DNA of 64,000 nucleotides, from NCBI GenBank assembly GCA_030704615.1, contig CM060734.1, forward strand, positions 53,382,001 through 53,446,000. The letters are read 5' to 3'. Source of the stretch: Takakia lepidozioides (taxonomy: Eukaryota > Plantae > Bryophyta). The notes below the pieces were generated by a model, which saw nothing but the letters and a program-made list of their open reading frames with translations, ran no database searches and was not told where the DNA came from. Shown one piece after another: positions 1-10,058 of this stretch; the first letter of the stretch is position 1; each line of letters starts with the position of its first letter. The translations under genes were made by a program, and so were the position numbers.

Positions 1-93
1 AGCCTTGCGTGACCGACTCCACTCAGATATGCTGACCTGGCCACCCAATGCCTTCATTGTCGATGATGCGGACGCTGAAATAAACGCTATAAG
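1..93 (+). pseudogene. Exon of a MULE-type DDE transposase, cut off by the window edge
   Basis: Frame 2 reads ALRDRLHSDMLTWPPNAFIVDDADAEINAIR and ends at an AG|GTGAGT donor. WxPxaFivDDAxAEixAI resembles the region of the second catalytic Asp of MULE transposases. No downstream CxWH exon was found. Confidence 0.55.
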
Positions 94-189
94 GTGAGTC
101 TTCCATACCTCAATAGACACCCACTGTTGAAGTCCTCTGGCATGCAACTGTCGTCATAGTGTGCTTTGGTAGAGTCGCGTACAACAGTT

Positions 190-560
190 CCCCGAGAGAC
201 TCACATGCGGGAGTCTGCTGGCAGACTGGACTCGGACCAAGTCGCGTGGGCAAGCCTAACTCGCCCGACCAAGTCGCTGGCAGACTTGTCCGGCCGAGTC
301 CGCCAGAAGACTCGCATGGGCGAGTCTGCTGGCACCCTCCATGGGTCTGCTGGCAGACTTGGGAGGGGAAGTCGGCCCGCCAGACCCGTAGGCAGGGTCT
401 TGCGACCAAGTTCGTTTAGGGGTGGGTGTGGAGTCTGCTTTGGGCTACTCGGCTGGCAGACTCGCATGTGCGAGTCCGCTGGCAGACTCGTGTGGGCGAG
501 TCCGCTTGCAGTCAACGGACCAAGTCCGCTGGCATACTCGGCTGTCAAAATGGCCAACTG
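190..560. repeat. Cluster of palindromic GAGTCTGC-TG-GCAGACTC-type motifs inside the MULE complex
   Basis: Variants of gagtctgctggcagact and gagtccgctggcagactcg recur at about 211, 275, 322, 345, 453 and 472. Confidence 0.7.
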
Positions 561-3500
561 CCCAACAGACAAAGCACTCCAACAGATGCAATGGACTAGC
601 AGTCCAACAGACCAACAGTCCAAGATGATCACCCCATGTGCAAAAGAGATTGCAGGGAAAGTATAGATACGGCACTGGGACTCCTGCAGGAAGAAGTTCA
701 CAACGCTCCGAATGCTACGCCGTCAGCCATTGCGCTTGCGGCAAGCAAGACGTTGTTGCAAAAATATATTCTTGGAGAACCAGATGATATCTTAGCCAAA
801 TTGGACTCCTCAAAGCTAGATGCTGTTATGGACCATTTTTCCACTTTAAGCTCGCCCAATGTCCGGAATCACATCAACGAACTGCGAATAGGCCCAAGGA
901 ACAGAGGTCCTCTTGATAGCATTCTGGACTTGAAGCGTAGAAGCAAATTGACTTTATTCAAGATAGTGTCTTTCCAGGCCAGGGATCCTTGAAAGTGTAC
1001 TTATTCAAAATGTCCACGGTGGGGGAGGGTAGTGGAGTTAGCCTGGTCCGAAGAATGCAACCTGGAGGCGATCTGCAGAAATCATGGCTCATGTTCGACC
1101 ATGTCAAATGTGTTAAAGAGTGGACAACCATGGCTTGTCATGTGTATGATCCCACTTACCAAAGAGTAATGACTATAGCCGTTTGCGACATGCAATCCGA
1201 GGACACAGAATCTCAAATTCTGATGTGGAGGTCTCTTGTGAACATCATGAATTTGAATGGTGTGTCAAGTTATTTTACCACTAGTGTGAAGTTAGCTAGG
1301 AAATAGCTAACTTTTATATATTGACATTTGGGATTGACCCAAGTGTCAATCCAGGGGCCAATACATGTTTGGGCACCTGACGTTGTTATCTTCACGGCAG
1401 ATCGCGGTGGGCTCATCTTTCTCGAGTTGAGCCTCACCGCGTCTAGCTATGGCGCTGTAGTGTGGATTCCCCATGGCATAGGGTGCACTTGGCTCGACTT
1501 AATATATGAGTGATGTTTTCATGTGCAAGTATGTGAGTTTGAGAGAGCTTGTGTGCTTGTATTATTCTCTTTCCTTATCACTCGAGAAAAATGAGCTCGA
1601 GTCTGTGAGTGCCAGGTTCGAGTTGTTTTGTAGCACTTGTGTTTTCATGAGAAGTGGTTCAGCCTCGAGTGCAGGGATCCGTGCGTGAGCCTATCTAAAG
1701 CGGATAGAGTGCAAAGGCGAACATGTTGCAGATTTGCAATGGATAGAGAGGCGGGTAGCCTATGTTGAAGAGCGGCGTTGCATAGCTCAACGCTATGGCA
1801 ATCAAGTTTGGGCTTCTAGTGTGAAGCGGAGGAGATGCTAGCCACGAGTGGGCGAACTGGTGGTCGTCTTCTTCAGTTGCAGGCCAAGTTAAGGAGCTGC
1901 AGGAATGTGGGTTGTGCATGGGAAGCTAGCATGTTGCAGGTTGGAGATGATATGATCAGCTCCAAGTATTTCTACCCGAAACTAGTTGTTGCGGGTAGAT
2001 GAGGAGCAGCCGAATGGTGGAGCTGCAAGGGGATGCATCGCAGCCTGTTGGGAGCTTCAGCTCCAAGCTCGTGAAGAGGTATGAGTGAAGAGAGGGGCTG
2101 GTCCCTCTTGTGTGCAAATCAGTGCACTTGTGAAGCATGTGCTGAGTTGGAGTTTCAATTTGAGACTCAGCAGTGTAAGGGCTCTTGGAGTGGCAAGAGC
2201 AGGGCTGGAAGGGCAGCAATGAGGCGCCCTAGAGCCAAGGGAGATGCATGAGAAGTGCAGGTGCACCAAGTTTGTAAATGTGTGTATTTTCAGATTTGTT
2301 TTTGTGAGCTTCATGAAGAAAATGGAGTTTGTTGGGCAGCATATAGCTTGCTTGTTGAGTTGGAGGCACTTTTAGTGGGCCGTGAGAGCTCAGGAGTGCA
2401 GGGCGACGGGGCTGATGGCTCCGCAGAAGCCATAGCCCGTCGGCAGCAGGTGCTGGAGCAAACCCCAGCTCGGGAAGAGCACGGGAACGCGTGGGAACGC
2501 CCCGAGAACTCCTGGGAACTCGTTGGGAGTTCCAAGGAACGCAGGGAATAGTGGCCGTGATGGGCCGTTGGGGCGGTATCACGAGATACCACGAGCCCAG
2601 GTCGTGATGGTTGACCGTGACCGTTGACCGTGACCGTTGGAAGTCGTGGTGCGGACACAACAGGTGGGCACGGTGACCAGATCGTGGGGATGGCGGGCCG
2701 TGCACGAGGCAGCCCATGGCCAACGAGCGCCTAGGGCGGGCCGTTAGGAGTCGTGGCGGTTGGAGCCACGGAAGGCCGCGAATAGGCAGAGTGAAGAAAA
2801 AAAAAAAAAAAAAAAAAAAAAACGGTTATGAGCTAGCTGATCCGGCAGAAAAGTCGGAAATTGCCTCCCTGTTGTGTTTTAACAAAGGGGATTACTTCCA
2901 TGCAGGTAATCTTTTCGGGTTTTCAGCCTAGTCCTTAACTATGGGGGAGACCAGCCTGCAGGTAATTCTTTTGGACAGAATGTTGTTGGGGCCTATATGT
3001 ACCTCTATTTGCTCCATTTTTGAACCTTTAGCGAATGGTGTGGTTTCCTGAGGTGGTTCCATTCTGAGGAATGGTTGGTGGACGTAAGGAGGCTTGCATG
3101 GGGCCTTGGAGGCCAAGTTTCATGAGCTCGTGGAGGGCGGTTTGAGGAGTGTCTACAGGATGCTCTCATGGTCATGCAAGTGAGAGAAGAAAGGAAAAAA
3201 TAGGGTGTTGGGATGAGAGCGTGTTGGGGATAGGCATTGCTTTAGTTTCCCTTCCTCGTAGCTTTCCACCTTCTCTGTAGGCCGAGACCTTTCCGTAGGT
3301 GGAGACAAGAGTCAGTTCGGGTTTGGGCTGGGTTGCAGGAGTGACACTGTGGAGTTGTTGTTTTCATTCTTGTGTTTGGATCCCCTCCACACCTGCATGC
3401 TTGATTGTTCGCCATGCTAGTTTTGTGTGGGCGCTTGATTTTATATGTGGTTGACTTGGGCTTGATTGCCGATCCAACCCTAGAGCATGCTGTCGATGGT

Positions 3501-3770
3501 GAGGCTGGGTTGATGACCAGTCAGACCATCTTTGTTTCTCCTGTGGTGAGGTTGGAGGTGATGACCAGCCAACCATAGGAGTGCCTGCGGTGGATGCAGG
3601 TGCAGGTGCAGGTGCAGGCTATGTTAGGAACCTAGTATTCCAAACCATAAGCCGCATCAGGTTCTCTACCCGGTTACCTTGTGGAGAGGGGGTTAGAGAC
3701 AGGTTCATGACCGGTTGAGTGTCAGTTTGTCAACACGGAGGTGTCACTAGTTGCTGGGGAAAGTGCCGGT

Positions 3771-4969
3771 ATGAGCACTAGCGATACTAGCGGGTATACA
3801 AGACGAGGTGTGCGATTTAGGCCACCTTCATCTCATGTGTCTTCTACGGAAGGTTCTGATTCGGATTGTGAATCAGGAAGACTCACACCGGCGGTGCAAG
3901 TTGTTTCATTGCCATGGTTGTGGGACACAATGGAGAAGATGTATAGAGCCACCAAGGGGCCATGTAGGTACTCTGGGGCGGTGGGCACCATTGAGTTGGA
4001 TGATTTCATTCAAGAGTTTGATAGTTGGTGTGACTTGCAGCAAATGCGCAATCCACAACTGTTTACGCCTTTCATGGCATGAAAGGGGCCGTTTCAGCAC
4101 CTGAGGGGCCGCCTATGGATGATTACCATGAGTTTAGGCAGGGGCACGATCTTGAGATCGAGGAGTAGAGGATGTACTGGTCACCCGACTATGTCTCCAT
4201 CACTAAAGGCACTAGAGGCAGCTGCACCAGCTACAACAGCAGCTTCCACGAGTAGTAGTGGGACTAGTGGTACAACAACTATGACGTTCACCCAAGCTAC
4301 TGCTGCACCAGCACTAGTGGCGGTGCCTGCCTTCAACCCTGTTGTGGAGTTCTTTCGAAGAGTTGAGAAGGAACTACCAAGCGAGGGTGAGGACAGAGAA
4401 GTTGAGGAGCTTGCAAAAGTTCCAACGGAAGCCTACTGAGAGCTTGAGGGAGGCTTTCACTCGCATGAGGCGCTTGATTAATGTAACCCAAGGGGTTACG
4501 GAGGCTTAGACAGTCCAATTCTGGTATGGGATATTGGACAAGGAGCTGAGGAGAAGGGTGCGGGATGCAACTCTTCTACAAGCGGCCCAACCCACCTTAG
4601 CAAATGTGTTTTTGCTGGTAGAGCGGATAGAGCTCAACATGGTGGAGGAACGAGTGGTCATGGTGGGATTTGCTAAGGAGGCACCACGGGGTAGTGGTGC
4701 CTCCTCTGGAGGGTCGAGATGGCATGGTATGGAAGGACCATGTGCGTAATTGTGCGCCATGTCACCTTCCACATATGGATGGGAGGATAGATCCCACCCT
4801 TGCAGTGGTACCTGTAGGGTTGCGTTGCATGCTATGTGGGCATGCTCGTGATGCCGCCACTATGCTGGTGTGTGATCGATGCTCAAGAGGTTGGCACATG
4901 GGATGCTTGACACCACCTCTTGAGAGGGTTCTTGATGGAGATTGGTTATGTCCACACTGCTTGGGATAG
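3771..4969 (+). pseudogene. Retrotransposon gag remnant joined to an integrase C-terminal tail with a PHD finger
   Basis: Gag-like text IELDDFIQEFDSWCD and ..LDKELRRRVRDA..LLVERIE carries stops and frameshifts. It is followed by LEGRDGMVWKDHVRNCAPCH and the C4HC3 PHD CMLC..CDRC..WHMGC..WLCPHC. No protease, RT, RNase H or integrase core is present. Confidence 0.75.
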
Positions 4970-5229
4970 TGATAGTGGATATGACTAGTGGCAGCTAACA
5001 AGACATGGGAGGCCAAGCTCACAGGAGTCAATACCCGAGATCTCAGGCTCAAGTTCATAGGTTGCAAGACGGCGACTAACGATGGGGCAACTTTTGTACC
5101 CGACCTCTTGATCTATCGAGTTTGAGTGTAGTAAGGACAGTGGTGGAGGACTTAGTGAGGCTATGGCCACTATCACATCTTGTGGCTACCTGGACTTAGA
5201 GGGACCTAAGCGCCAGCTAGGGGGGCGAT

Positions 5230-5622
5230 TGTGATGGACTAGTGGCTGCACTAGTGGTGACTAGTGGCAGACTAGTGGTTGGACTAGTGGCTGCACTAGT
5301 GGTGGCTAGTGGCAGCCTAGTGATGGTCTAGTGGCTGCACTAGTTGAGGCTAGTGGCAGCCTAGTGATGGACTAGTGGCTGCACTAGTGGTGGCTAGTGA
5401 CAGACTAGTGGTTGGACTAGTGGCTGCACTAGTGGTGGCTCGTGGCAACCTAGTGATGGACTAGTGGCTGCACTAGTGGTAGACTAGTGGTTGGACTAAT
5501 GGCTGCACTAGTGGTGGCTAGTGGCAGCCTAGTGATGGACTAGTGGCTGCACTAGTGGTGACTAGTGGTTGTCTAGTGGCAGCCTAGTGGTGCACTAGTG
5601 GTGGACTAGTGAGAGACTAGTG
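5230..5622. repeat. Tandem array of about 33 CTAGT(G) units at 10-13 bp spacing, with a ~47-bp higher-order unit
   Basis: Directly visible: gactagtggctgcactagtggtggctagtggcagcctagtgatg repeated with variants. Confidence 0.95.
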
Positions 5623-8008
5623 TTTGGTGTGCACATGTGTTGTGTGATTTTGGACAGCGATGTAGTCGTGTAGCGATATGTATGCACACGACAGGTGTGC
5701 CTGATCCAAACTTCAATGGATTCATGGCTAACAGCGCCCAGACAAACTGGAATGCAGTACGGTGTGTGTTTGGATCTGGAGACCCCAAAACACCTATGGA
5801 AGGTAGGGAGCGCACTCGTCTCTTTCACTGGACGCAGTCCCTTCGAAGGCATACAAAGAGGTGCATAAAAGTGGAATTGCAGGACGAGCACATGAGACTA
5901 TGTCGCTTGTACAAAGATGCAAGGACGGACCATGAGGCAAACTCCCTGTATCAAACTATCCGAGCATGGTGGTACTCCTCGGATGCATCAAGCCAGGAAG
6001 GCCTCAAAGAGCTGGATGATTGGTTTGGGTTTTGGCATTTCCGATACAGACAGTGGGGGGGTTTCATGACAACAGTAAGTTCCACGAGTTAGAGGGTTTT
6101 GTTTCTTCACTTTGATGTCTGCTCTTGTCTAGTAAAACTGCACTCAAAACATTAAAACTCGTTGCATAATCTGGTGGCTGGCAGGATATGACACTTGAGA
6201 ATATTGCGGACATGTCTTCCTGCAATCTTTCGGAGACACTGCACAATGTTTGGATGAAGCAATCCGGGAAGAACGGGCAGGATCTGTACGTTGCCACAGC
6301 TGATGATATGATCCGCGCGCTCTCGCAACAAACACGGTACCGGGATTTCCTTTGGGGACAGGGTACAGGCAAGGGGCCAGACAGGGCAGAGTTGCTGCTC
6401 AGGGCTGCAAACAGATTGAAAGACCCTACTAAGATGGCATGGGCTATGAACGAGTGCACAATGGGAACACCATTGCAGTCACGGCTTGCACATCTGGAAG
6501 GAGAGGAGAGGTTTGGTTCGTGCAAAAGAAAACTTGACACCCCACCAGGCTCGGATGCAGATTCACACCGCCACGATCGGGAGAACTTTTCAGTACCACG
6601 TGTGCCTGTGCCCCCCACTTTTGTGGGTACCATCCCCTTTGTGGGGGAGTCTTCTTTGCCTTCGTTCCCCTCAGGAGTCTCCAACCACCATAGTCCCCGG
6701 TGAAGGGGAGAACACGCTGCCGGTAGAGGAGTCAGACTGTACAAACGCAATGTGGCATATCGAACGGACTCCCCATGGATCAAAAGTCAAATGTGCCGCT
6801 ATTAGGGCCCCCTCGTTCCAGAAGTGCAAGTCCCAAATTTCCAAAGTGACTTGTGGAACTCCTGCCCCGACGTTCACTGGGTTGTTCAAGCATTACCAGT
6901 CGCAGGAGTCTAGGCCTCACAAGTTTTGGTCTGCCCGGATGACATTGTGCGCTGTGTCATGGGGACTGTTCGGGAATCTGTGATAATGAAGCTTCAAATT
7001 CCAGCCGTGTGGCCAGTGAAGTTTGGAACCGCACTCTCCAAACTGGAGATTGACATGCTAGAGGAGGGCGGGTTTCGCCTTTCGAGAGCCCCTCTTGTCG
7101 TAACACCAGTTGACCCAATGGCTTTCCCTTCCAACTTTATGGCACGTTCTCGACATGGCAATGATAGGCCCATAAAAAGGGATGGAAAAGTGGTACGTTT
7201 GGTTGAGGCTGGTGCAGACAATGAGTGCAAGATGGAGTCTGCTAGGACCCTGCAGTGTTGCATCACCCAAATTGTGAATGTTCCTTTGCCAGGATATGGG
7301 CGAGTGTACACCATGGCGACCTCTGGATCAGTTGTTCATGACCGGACCTATGAGATTACTATTGGCGATTTCCCTAATTGCACTTGTCCGGACTTTCAGA
7401 ACACGCTCTCAAGTTCTCTTGGCAAGAGAGTAAAATTTGTCTCGTGCAAGCATTTGTACTACATCTATATTCGGAGAATGTTTTGCGATCCAAAACGAGA
7501 TACGTACATTCACCAATGTATGATTGGACCCAGCGACGTTCACACACTGCTACAGCGAGATACTTCGGGTACAAATTGAGATGTAGTTTGGATTTGCATT
7601 ACAACTCTACCCGTTTGCCCTCCTTGTCATTTGTTACTCAAATCTGGGTGTATCGGACTTTGGAGATGGGTACGTTTGCTTTAAGGATGCATTTTTGAAT
7701 GAGATCAATGTTGTTTTGCAATGAGGATTTCTTCTCAATGTTGTTTTTCAATGCATGTTTGTGTTCCAACCAGGTCGGCTTGTATCTGGCTTAGTGCTGG
7801 ATAATGAGAACACTTTCTTGAATGAGATCAATGATTGTTTTGCAGAATTGGCTTATGTATTCACTTTCTATGAGATGAATGAATGAGATGATACTCCATG
7901 ACTGTTATGAAAATGATGAATGTCATGAATGTTTTCTTACAAGCTATTATATTAAATTCATTCGTGCTACATTCATCCACCCTTTGTCATCCAACATCCA
8001 TGCTTCAT

Positions 8009-10058
8009 TCATCCATTTCCCTGAACCCATTCATACTTGCTTACTTCATCGAGAAGTTCTTCGTACACATTCATCCCACATTTTCTGGCATGGAGGTCGG
8101 CGCCTTTGGTCCCATCATGGCATGTAAACCTCCAATAGACATAAGTTTGCATCAACGACAATAGGCCCTGCTTCTTCCACGGTTATATGCTCCATTTCCA
8201 CTTTCTGCTCATGCTTAACTTCTGCTCACACTTAAGGGAATCTGCTCACAATTAGTGGAATCTGCTCACACTTAGTGCGCTAACCGTGAGCGCGCTCATG
8301 CCGCAGCTGCTCTCCGCCAAGTTGATATATGGCTTTGCAAATAGACTGAGCAGTGTGCTGTGCAGCAAAAGACAAATGAGCTTCATCAGACACACCGGAT
8401 CCATTCGACTGACTGAATTTAATAACACTCAGTAGACAATCAACAGACCATCAATAGCCCACAATACACATTCAGCAGACCACAATACTCAGCAGACCAT
8501 GATATTAAGCAGACACTCATACCTTAACAGACAATCTGGACTTCAGCAGACAAAAACATTTCAGAAGACCTAATTATGGACGTATGCAGTCTGCTGAAGT
8601 CTTCCACAGATGAGCAAACTTCGCGACAACATAAGAAATAGGTCTGTCGGCTTCACCACAAGTCGGTTCATATGGGAATTGGCTGTTGTGCAGCAAAACA
8701 CACATGATCCATTGGGCATTCGGAGTTCTAAGATCTCTCAGCAGACCACAACACTCAGTAGACCATGGCAATGAGCAGACCAGTGCCTTTAGCAGACTCC
8801 AGAGACTGGGGCAGAATAACTAAGAGACCGAACTATGGACGTGCATAGTCTGCTGAAGTTTAGCAGACTGATCGACAATAGTCTAAAAAAAAATGCAGAA
8901 AATTGCAAAGAATGGTTTGATAGCATTACCTCGTCAAAGTATGTTGCCCGCATCGCCATCATGCATGGCATTCAACCACTTTTCTTCAGCTTCCCGAATA
9001 CTTGATGTTATCCGTCCTGTCTACACATATCTGAAGAAAAAGGGGAAGAACTGCGGATCGTCTTGGGGTGGGCAGACCGGTGGGAGAACGCCAAACCGAA
9101 GTAGGTGCAACGTTCCCGGGCAGGCTGGACCAGCAGACTTGTGGGTGGTCTTTTCAGGTCCCATATCTTCGGTCTGCCCAAACCGCAGACCAGGTTGTTG
9201 GGTCTCCTGGGCGGTGTGGGCAAGAGAGGTGTTGTCGTGGAGGCTGTCTATGAGCATGTCCAAGCTTGTCGTCTCAGATAAGGCAATATCCACTGCACTG
9301 GACAGTGGACCTTGCCCTTCGAAATCATTATTTCGGATGATGTTGTCGGTACGCTCGGCAGACCGGCGGGGCAGAACATCGGCAGACTCAGACTCACTGG
9401 AGGAACTGATGGGTATAGTCTGCCGGGACTTTCTAGTCTGGTGCGCATCGGGCGGACTCCCATGTAGGCCCACAATGCTTGCATCCCGAGTAGAGCTTGC
9501 CTAACGCGCTTTGGACAGACCCCCCTGTAGGACTCACATGTTTGCATCGCGAGCAGACCTTGCCGCTTTCGCTCCCGCTTTTTTTTTTGCCCCATCACTG
9601 AGTTTTCGCTTGCGGGGAGGCACGGGCACTTCCTCCAGACTGCACAGTTGCATCCTTCCAGCAGCCTGCCAATACCATTGGCGCAATTCCTCTGTACTTC
9701 GCGGAATTGGGTTTGCGCCGCGGCTATTGAAAACAACCTCATCTTTAGCTTTGTGCGATACCGGTATGGGCCACGGCTTGAAATTCGGTGGAATGGTGCC
9801 CTTGCAACCTATGTCCACGCAATGGCAGTTCAACTGGATTTTGTCCTTTATGGCTTCCTCATAGAAATGACACCTGAGCCTATCCTTCTTTCATTCTGGG
9901 TTCTCCTCCTTGGCTACACGGAGATCAATACATGCTTCCACTATTTTGCGATCGTACTCCTTTGGGGAGTACCAATATCTTCGCAGCTTCTTCAAACGCG
10001 TGATGTGCACAAAGTCGATCCAGTCGGGTCCGCCCTTTGCGCAGGCTTCCTCCATCGC
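8009..10058 (-). pseudogene. Degenerate multi-exon accessory gene of the MULE complex, convergent with the transposase
   Basis: After a tag| acceptor at 10059 the frame reads AMEEACAKGGPDWIDFVHITRLKKLRRYWYSPKEYDRKIVEAC..E*KKDRLRCHFYEEAIKDKIQLNCHCVDIGCKG. Further coding-like stretches lie at 9473-8930 and 8170-8009. Single-base nonsense changes are present and no recognisable domain was found. Confidence 0.4.
8203..8880. repeat. Short tandem repeats (TCTGCTCAYA x4) and a ~260-bp degenerate duplication rich in CAGAC
   Basis: tctgctcaya occurs at about 8204, 8221, 8241 and 8261. cagaccacaa.actcag.agaccatg occurs at 8476 and 8742, and tatggacgt..agtctgctgaagt at 8576 and 8834. Confidence 0.7.

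Larger units (their letters stand above)
1263..5693 (+). mobile_element. Non-autonomous Ty3/Gypsy-derived element (gag + integrase C-terminus/PHD finger) with TG...CA ends and a 4-bp TSD
   Basis: Begins TGTC at 1263 and ends GACA at 5693. GGTG is duplicated at 1259-1262 and 5694-5697. Degenerate gag-like frames run 3771-4700 and a PHD finger lies at 4825-4960. A purine-rich PPT-like tract AGGGGGGCGA precedes TG at 5230. Confidence 0.8.
627..7579 (+). pseudogene. Degenerate MULE-like DDE transposase with a C-terminal SWIM zinc finger, interrupted by the 1263-5693 insertion
   Basis: Segments 627-1262, 5698-6074 and 6185-7579 (intron 6075-6184) give the motifs MFDHVK, FMANSAQTNWNAVR (D>N), RLFHW (CxFH-like, C>R), CNLSETLHN and SWIM CTCPDF..CKH. 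Frameshifts or stops occur near 955-990, 6700 and 6930. Removing the insert restores the reading NG-VPDPNF. Confidence 0.8.

Noticed and set aside
93-656. In-frame splice fusing the two MULE transposases
   Set aside because: The phases are compatible, but coding-like sequence (DHP..DCRES) continues upstream of the apparent acceptor, so the match is probably coincidental.
2716-2931. ORF with a poly-Lys run (also 23359-23694)
   Set aside because: These are translations of a poly(A) tract and of microsatellites, with no other coding signal.
5230-5622. CRISPR-like appearance of the CTAGT array
   Set aside because: Units are 10-13 bp with no unique spacers, there are no cas genes, and the context is a eukaryotic TE.
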